Positions 58,425 through 64,000 of a stretch of 64,000 nt of DNA are shown in pieces. This stretch comes from Longimicrobiales bacterium. Lineage in GTDB: Bacteria > Gemmatimonadota > Gemmatimonadetes > Longimicrobiales > Gaopeijiaceae. A program made the translations under genes and the position numbers. The DNA is taken from positions 876,286 to 940,285 of the forward strand of contig CBDBCF010000002.1 of the NCBI GenBank assembly GCA_965202985.1. The letters are read 5' to 3'. Position 1 is the first letter of the stretch. Every line of letters begins with the position of its first letter. The notes below the pieces were generated by a model, which worked only from the letters and a program-made list of their open reading frames with translations, searched no databases and was not told the origin of the DNA.

Positions 58425-59831
58425 ATGAACGCAAGCGAAGCAAGCACTCACGGTCGGCGCGGCCTCCGTCGGAGAGCGATCTGGACGGGCGTCGTCATGG
58501 CAGGCCTGGGCCTGCTCGTGGCGCCTGTCGCCGGCGCCGCGCAGACGACCGAGACGGACTTCGTCCTGAACACCTTTTCGTTCCTGGTGTGGGGTGCCCT
58601 CGTCATGTGGATGTGCGCGGGCTTCACCATGCTGGAGTCGGGATCGGTGCGTTCCAAGAACGCCTCCGTGATCTGCCTCAAGAACATCGGCCTCTACTCG
58701 ATCGCCGGTCTCGCCTACTACGTCCTGGGCTACAACCTGATGTACGTGGACGTGGACAGCTGGATCGGCACCTTCGACATCTTTTACGGGCCGTCGGAGG
58801 CGGAGACGGCCATGCTGGGGGGCGACGCGGCGGCGGAGGCGACCGTGCTGGAAGAGGGTTCCTACTCGCGCATGTCCGACTGGTTCTTCCAGATGGTCTT
58901 CGTGGCCACCACCGCGTCGATCGTGTCGGGCGCGCTGGCCGAGCGGGTCAAGCTGTGGTCGTTCTTTGCCTTCACCGCTCTGCTGACCGCCGTGATCTAC
59001 CCGGTCGTCGGCGCTTGGACCTGGGGAGGCGGGTGGCTCAGCCAGCGCGAATTCACGGACTTCGCGGGCTCCACGATCGTGCACTCGACGGGTGGATGGG
59101 CGGCCCTGGCCGGCATCCTGGTCGTCGGCCCCCGGTGGGGCAAGTTCCGCAAGGACGGCACCGTCAAGTCCACGCCGCCCTCGAACATCCCGGCGGTGAC
59201 GCTGGGCGTCTTCATCCTCTGGCTGGGCTGGTTCGCCTTCAACGGCGGCTCGGTGCTGGCCCTGGGCGGCGCCGAGAACGCGGTGCTGATGAGCAACGTG
59301 ATCGTGAACACCAACCTGGCCGCCGCGGCCGGCGTGCTGACGGCGCTTCTGGTGTCTCGGCCGATCTTGGGGCGGCTGGACCTGTTCTCGGGGCTCAACG
59401 GCGCCATTGCAGGTCTGGTGGCGATCACGGCCGGCCCCGACATCGTGACCGGGCCGTGGGCGATCCTGATCGGAGCCGTGGGCGCGGTGCTGTGCACGGC
59501 GGGACTCCGCTTCCTCGAGTCGCGCCGGCTGGACGACGTGGTTGGCGCCGTCCCGGCCCACCTCTTCGCCGGCATCTGGGGCACGGTCGCCGTGGGGTTG
59601 AACCCGAACGGGCCTGGGTTGCTCACGCAGGTGATCGGCGTGGCGGCCGTGGGCGCCTTCGTGTTCTTGGTCTCGTGGCTGCTCTGGACGGTCCTGGACA
59701 AGACGATCGGGGTGCGGGTGTCGCGCCAGGTCGAAGAGCTGGGGCAGGACTCGGCGGAGCTGGGCTTGGACGCCTACCCCGAGTTCGTACTGATGGTGGA
59801 CCCGGACGAAGGCGACGACTACCGCGACTGA
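58425..59831 (+). CDS. amt: Ammonium transporter
   Basis: FQMVF, DFAGSTIVH, WLGWFAFNGGS and DDVVGAVPAH (both pore His present). Confidence 0.96.
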   Translation: MNASEASTHGRRGLRRRAIWTGVVMAGLGLLVAPVAGAAQTTETDFVLNTFSFLVWGALVMWMCAGFTMLESGSVRSKNASVICLKNIGLYSIAGLAYYVLGYNLMYVDVDSWIGTFDIFYGPSEAETAMLGGDAAAEATVLEEGSYSRMSDWFFQMVFVATTASIVSGALAERVKLWSFFAFTALLTAVIYPVVGAWTWGGGWLSQREFTDFAGSTIVHSTGGWAALAGILVVGPRWGKFRKDGTVKSTPPSNIPAVTLGVFILWLGWFAFNGGSVLALGGAENAVLMSNVIVNTNLAAAAGVLTALLVSRPILGRLDLFSGLNGAIAGLVAITAGPDIVTGPWAILIGAVGAVLCTAGLRFLESRRLDDVVGAVPAHLFAGIWGTVAVGLNPNGPGLLTQVIGVAAVGAFVFLVSWLLWTVLDKTIGVRVSRQVEELGQDSAELGLDAYPEFVLMVDPDEGDDYRD

Positions 59832-59853
59832 TCCCGCACGCGGAACCGACGGG

Positions 59854-61347
59854 ATGCAACACCAGCAGCGGGAAGGAGAGGGCTCGGGCCCCGCGTGGAA
59901 ACGCGCGGGGTCCGGCGCCTTCTCCAGCTATCAGGCGGACGCCTCGTTCTACGACGAGATGTTCTCGGAAGACGGGGAGCCGCGGGAGAGTTCGCGGCGC
60001 ATGAACGCGGCGCTGGCGACCATGTCGTCCGAAGACATGGCCAAGGTCCAAGAGGGCGTGGTCCGGCGCTTCCTGCACGAAGGCATCACGTTCACCGTGC
60101 TGGCGGCCGAGCAGGTGACGGAGCAGATCATCCCCATCGACTGCGTGCCCCGGCTGATCACCGCGGCCGAGTGGGACCACATCGAACGCGGACTGAAGCA
60201 GCGGCTGACGGCGCTCAACCTCTTCCTGAAGGACGTTTACCACGGGGGGCGGGTGCTCCGGGACGGGATCGTCCCTTCGGACTTGGTGCTGGGCTGTCCG
60301 CAGTACCGGATCGAGATGCGGGGCATGAAGGTGCCCCACGACATCTACGTGGCCGTGTGCGGCACCGACATCGTGCGCACCCACGACGGCTTCGCGGTCC
60401 TGGAAGACAACTTGCGGGTGCCGTCGGGCGTGTCCTACATGCTGGCGTGCCGGGCCGCCATGAAGGGCGCCTTCCCCGCTCTCTACCGCGAACACCGCGT
60501 GCGGGAAGTGTCCGGCTACGCGGAGCAGCTGTACGCCACGCTGGCGTCCCTGAGCTTGGCCGTCGCCGAGCCTCGGATCGCCGTTCTGACGCCGGGCCGC
60601 TACAACTCGGCCTACTACGAGCACGCGTTCCTGGCGGGCGAGATGGGGGTGGAGCTGGTCGAGGGACGAGACCTGGTCATGCGCGACGCGGCCCTCTACG
60701 CCAGGACCGCCGCCGGGCTTCGCCGCATCGACGTGCTGTACCGTCGCGTGGACGACGACTTCTTGGACCCCCTGGCGTTCAGAAGCGACTCGGTGCTGGG
60801 CGCCGCTGGGATGCTTCACGCCTACCGGGCGGGCAACCTGGTGCTGGCGAACGCCCCCGGCACGGGCGTGGCCGACGACAAGAGCCTCTACGCCTACGTG
60901 CCCAGGATCATCCGCTACTACCTGGACGAAGAGCCGATCCTGGCCAACGTGGAGACCCACCTGTGCCGCGAGCCGGAAGGGCTGGCGTTCACGCTGGACA
61001 ACCTGGACGAGCTGGTGGTGAAGGAGGTAGGCGGCTCCGGCGGCTACGGGATGCTGATCGGCCCCCACGCCTCCGCCTCCGAGCGGGCCGAGTTCGCGAC
61101 CCGAATTCGGGCGAACCCGGCCAACTACATATCGCAGCCCGTCATGGCGCTGTCGCGCGCGGCGTGCTTCGTGGACGGCGGCTTGGCCCCCCGGCACGTG
61201 GACCTTCGGCCCTTCGTGCTTCAGGGACGCCGCGGCCAGCACGTGGTGCCCGGCGGGCTTTGCCGCGTGGCGCTGCGCCGGGGCAGCCTGGTCGTGAACT
61301 CCAGCCAGGGCGGCGGCTGCAAGGACCTCTGGGTCCTGGACGCCTAG
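59854..61347 (+). CDS. Circularly permuted type 2 ATP-grasp protein
   Basis: LEDNLRVPSGVSY, YRRVDDDFLDP, GVADDK, RHVDLRPF and VVNSSQGGG. Confidence 0.95.
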   Translation: MQHQQREGEGSGPAWKRAGSGAFSSYQADASFYDEMFSEDGEPRESSRRMNAALATMSSEDMAKVQEGVVRRFLHEGITFTVLAAEQVTEQIIPIDCVPRLITAAEWDHIERGLKQRLTALNLFLKDVYHGGRVLRDGIVPSDLVLGCPQYRIEMRGMKVPHDIYVAVCGTDIVRTHDGFAVLEDNLRVPSGVSYMLACRAAMKGAFPALYREHRVREVSGYAEQLYATLASLSLAVAEPRIAVLTPGRYNSAYYEHAFLAGEMGVELVEGRDLVMRDAALYARTAAGLRRIDVLYRRVDDDFLDPLAFRSDSVLGAAGMLHAYRAGNLVLANAPGTGVADDKSLYAYVPRIIRYYLDEEPILANVETHLCREPEGLAFTLDNLDELVVKEVGGSGGYGMLIGPHASASERAEFATRIRANPANYISQPVMALSRAACFVDGGLAPRHVDLRPFVLQGRRGQHVVPGGLCRVALRRGSLVVNSSQGGGCKDLWVLDA

Positions 61348-61369
61348 CCGAGCCGGGAGAGCGCTCACG

Positions 61370-62347
61370 ATGCTGGCGCGCGTGGCGGGCGACTTCTACT
61401 GGATGGGTCGCTACCTGGAGAGGACGGAACAGACCGCCCGCTTGTTGGAGTACCAGTTGACCCGCTTGGTGGACTCGCCGGCGGAGGACTTGGCGGCGGG
61501 CTGGGCAGCCGTTTACCGGGCGCTTCGGCAGCCGCCGCTGGACGCGGCCCACGAAGCCGTGGACGCCGAGCGCTTCCTGATGGCCGACGCCTACACGCTG
61601 GCGGGCAGCTTGGTCGAAGAGAGCGCCAACCCGCACTCGGTGCTGTCGTGCTGGTCGGCGGCGCGGGAGAACGCCAAGCAGGTCCGGCCGCAGCTGCCGC
61701 TCCGCGTGTGGACCTGCCTCAACCAGGGCTTCCTTTGGCTGCGGGGAAACGAGTTCGCCGAGTGGTGGACGCGGTCTCCGTCGGCGATGGTGGCCGAGGT
61801 CGTGGACCGGATGCGCCTGTTCTTCGGCGTGGTGGAGGCGCGGATGCCGCGGGACGACGCCTGGCGGTTCCTGGAGCTGGGGCGCTTCGTGGAGCGGGCC
61901 CAGCACCAGACATGCCTGCTGGACACGTGGAACGGCTTCGCGCGGCCGGGCTCGGGCGGGCGGCGCATGCCGTGGTCGGACCTGCTTCGGGTCTGCGGCG
62001 CTTACGAACTCTACTGTCGCAACCATTCGATGGCCGTCCAGCGAGAGGCGGTCCTGGACCTTCTGATCCGGAACCCCGAGCTGCCTCGGTCGCTCCGGTT
62101 CGCCGCGCAGCGGATCGGCGAGATGCTGTCCGGGATCGACCCGGCGGGCAGCCGCTACCCGATGGCCCCCGCCCACCAGACGGCCCTGCGGCTGGCCGCG
62201 GCCGTGGAGGTGGAGCGGACGGGCCGAGCCGGCGAGCCCGGCGGGAGCGGCTTCTTCCCTTCCCTGCAACGGGACGGCCGCCGCCTTCACGACTTGATCA
62301 CGTCCGCCTACGTGGACTACCCCGCGACCGGAGAAGCGTTGCCGTGA
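61370..62347 (+). CDS. Alpha-E domain protein (DUF403)
   Basis: YWMGRYLERTE, ARENA, LGRFVERA and PRS. Confidence 0.92.
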   Translation: MLARVAGDFYWMGRYLERTEQTARLLEYQLTRLVDSPAEDLAAGWAAVYRALRQPPLDAAHEAVDAERFLMADAYTLAGSLVEESANPHSVLSCWSAARENAKQVRPQLPLRVWTCLNQGFLWLRGNEFAEWWTRSPSAMVAEVVDRMRLFFGVVEARMPRDDAWRFLELGRFVERAQHQTCLLDTWNGFARPGSGGRRMPWSDLLRVCGAYELYCRNHSMAVQREAVLDLLIRNPELPRSLRFAAQRIGEMLSGIDPAGSRYPMAPAHQTALRLAAAVEVERTGRAGEPGGSGFFPSLQRDGRRLHDLITSAYVDYPATGEALP

Positions 62348-63240
62348 CCACGCGGTACGCCGTCGAGCACGTCATGGAGTTCGCCTACGACGCGCCGGTC
62401 CGGCTGTCGGTCATGACGCTCTACCTGTGCCCGCTTCGGGACCGGCGCCAGTGGGTGCGCAGCTTCTCGGTCGCGACTGATCCGGCAGGCGCGCTCTTCG
62501 ACTTCGCCGACCCGTTCGGCAACACGGGATGCTTCCTGGATCGGCCGGCGCCCCACGACCGGATGGCGGTGCGCGCGAAGTCACAGGTCGAGCTGGTCCC
62601 GGCAGAGCCCCTTCCCGACCGCCTGGCGCCCGACGCATGGGAGAAGGTGCGCCGCGCAGCCGAAGACCCGCGCTTCTGGACCCTGACCCGCCCCAGTCGC
62701 TTCGTGCAGCCGGAGAGTCGGGCGCTCCGGCAGTTCGTGTCGGACCACGGGCTGGAGCCGTTGGACGATCCCCTGGCGACGGCGCTGGCCGTTCGGAGCA
62801 GGCTCCACGAGATCTTCGAGTACGCGCCTGGAGCGACCGCCGTGGATTCGCCGATCGAGCGGGTCCTGGAGACGGGCCGGGGCGTCTGTCAGGACTACGC
62901 CCACGTGATGGCGTCGATCCTGCGCGGCTGGGGCGTCCCCTGCCGTTACGTGTCCGGTTACTTGGGGCCGGAGGCGGAGCCGGCGTCCGGCGACACGGAG
63001 GAGGGCCAGAGTCACGCCTGGGTGGAGTGCTGGTTCCCGGGACTGGGCTGGACGGGCTTCGACCCCACCAACGACGCCGGCGACGACCGTCACGTTCGGG
63101 TCGCCGTGGGCCGGGACTATGCGGACGTGCCCCCCAGCCGAGGGGTGTACCAGGGTTCCGCGGGCTCGGTGCTCGAGACGACCGTTGTCGTGGCTCGGGT
63201 GGGCGGGGACGAAGAACGGGGACGAAGAACGGGGGCCTGA
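62344..63240 (+). CDS. Transglutaminase-like protein
   Basis: GVCQDYAH, RYVSGY, SHAWVE, FDPTN and GRDYADV. Confidence 0.95.
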   Translation: MTTRYAVEHVMEFAYDAPVRLSVMTLYLCPLRDRRQWVRSFSVATDPAGALFDFADPFGNTGCFLDRPAPHDRMAVRAKSQVELVPAEPLPDRLAPDAWEKVRRAAEDPRFWTLTRPSRFVQPESRALRQFVSDHGLEPLDDPLATALAVRSRLHEIFEYAPGATAVDSPIERVLETGRGVCQDYAHVMASILRGWGVPCRYVSGYLGPEAEPASGDTEEGQSHAWVECWFPGLGWTGFDPTNDAGDDRHVRVAVGRDYADVPPSRGVYQGSAGSVLETTVVVARVGGDEERGRRTGA

Positions 63241-63335
63241 TCCACGCATGTCTGCGAGGCGGGCTGCGGCCGTCGCGGGCCGAAGTGGTTGCCCCGGGAT
63301 CATCGTCGAAGTCTAGCGGCCACGGGCGCGCAGCG

Positions 63336-64000
63336 ATGGTGACGCGTGCCGCACACCCATCGCTTGCGCGGTCGGCAGCTTGCTGTGCCGTGCTTGTGAT
63401 CGGGTGCGGGAGCGGGTCGGATGTCGTTGTCAGCGGTCTGCCGGAGGGACCGTCTATTCTTCCCGTGGACAGCGTCCTGCTTGAAGCCGGAGACCGGGTC
63501 CACCTGGGCAATCCCTTCAGCTTGGTCGTGGACACACTGGACGGGTCGTTACTGGTTTCCGACTTCTTTGAAGACCGAGTCCTCCGCTTCGGGCGAGACG
63601 GTCGCGTCGTCCAAACCTACGGTCGCCCAGGTCCCGGCCCCGGCCAGTTCTCCGACCTTGGGCCGACGTTTGTCCTGGGCGATTCGGTAATCATCGGCAC
63701 CGATCACCGACGCAAGGTCTTTCAGCTGTTCTCCCGCGCCGACGGCGACTATCTGGGGGCCTACCGCTATTCTGGCCGGATCGGCTTCGGCGGCGTTTCG
63801 GTCACGGCGCGCGAGGTGGTTTTCGCGTCGCGGGATGTGGCGAAGAGGACGATCGCGGCGGTTTGGCCGTATCCAGACTCCGCCATCGCTTACGTGATCC
63901 CGTTGCCGGAACCCTACGTGCGGTCCGTCACTCGTCAGGACGGGGGTACCGGACGCTTCGCCGCATTCCATTCGATGGGGAGCGTCGTTGCTTGGGAGGA
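63336..64000 (+). CDS. NHL-like 6-bladed beta-propeller lipoprotein, truncated by the window edge
   Basis: Hand translation: MVTRAAHP...VLVIGCGS...LLVSDFFEDRVLRFGRDGRVVQTYGRPGPGPGQF. Confidence 0.75.
   Translation, partial: MVTRAAHPSLARSAACCAVLVIGCGSGSDVVVSGLPEGPSILPVDSVLLEAGDRVHLGNPFSLVVDTLDGSLLVSDFFEDRVLRFGRDGRVVQTYGRPGPGPGQFSDLGPTFVLGDSVIIGTDHRRKVFQLFSRADGDYLGAYRYSGRIGFGGVSVTAREVVFASRDVAKRTIAAVWPYPDSAIAYVIPLPEPYVRSVTRQDGGTGRFAAFHSMGSVVAWE

Overview
This is a high-GC bacterial chromosomal window. Its gene order and protein style resemble Gemmatimonadota, possibly a marine or host-associated lineage (inference only). A housekeeping backbone lies mostly on the minus strand: icd, pepA, yicC, gmk, rpoZ, coaBC, UDG, dnaB, ispD, tsaC, an LMW-PTP-AroE fusion, comF, gap, pgk, tpiA, an acyl-CoA carboxylase/AtuA cluster and a MATE transporter, with murB on the plus strand. 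Accessory content: (1) a giant secreted ~128-aa-repeat protein running off the left edge, preceded by a G22 tract and an intact IS630; (2) an ECF sigma plus TonB-C protein pair inserted between gap and pgk; (3) repeated cassettes of small secreted Cys-rich peptides next to NHL/6-bladed beta-propeller proteins, one splitting gmk-rpoZ and a larger island at ~28.9-37.9 kb with ECF sigma, thioredoxin-fold protein, AraC-type regulator and an AAA-ATPase/TOPRIM pair; (4) a nitrogen island at 46.8-63.2 kb in which glnA-glnE and amt-cpATP-grasp-alphaE-transglutaminase are interleaved with a complete partner-switching set (periplasmic binding protein, HAMP kinase, REC-PP2C, RsbW-like kinase, STAS). The best candidates for undescribed systems are the Cys-rich peptide/beta-propeller cassettes and the nitrogen partner-switch module. 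No rRNA, tRNA or CRISPR array was recognised. All calls come from reading motifs; no database searches were run.
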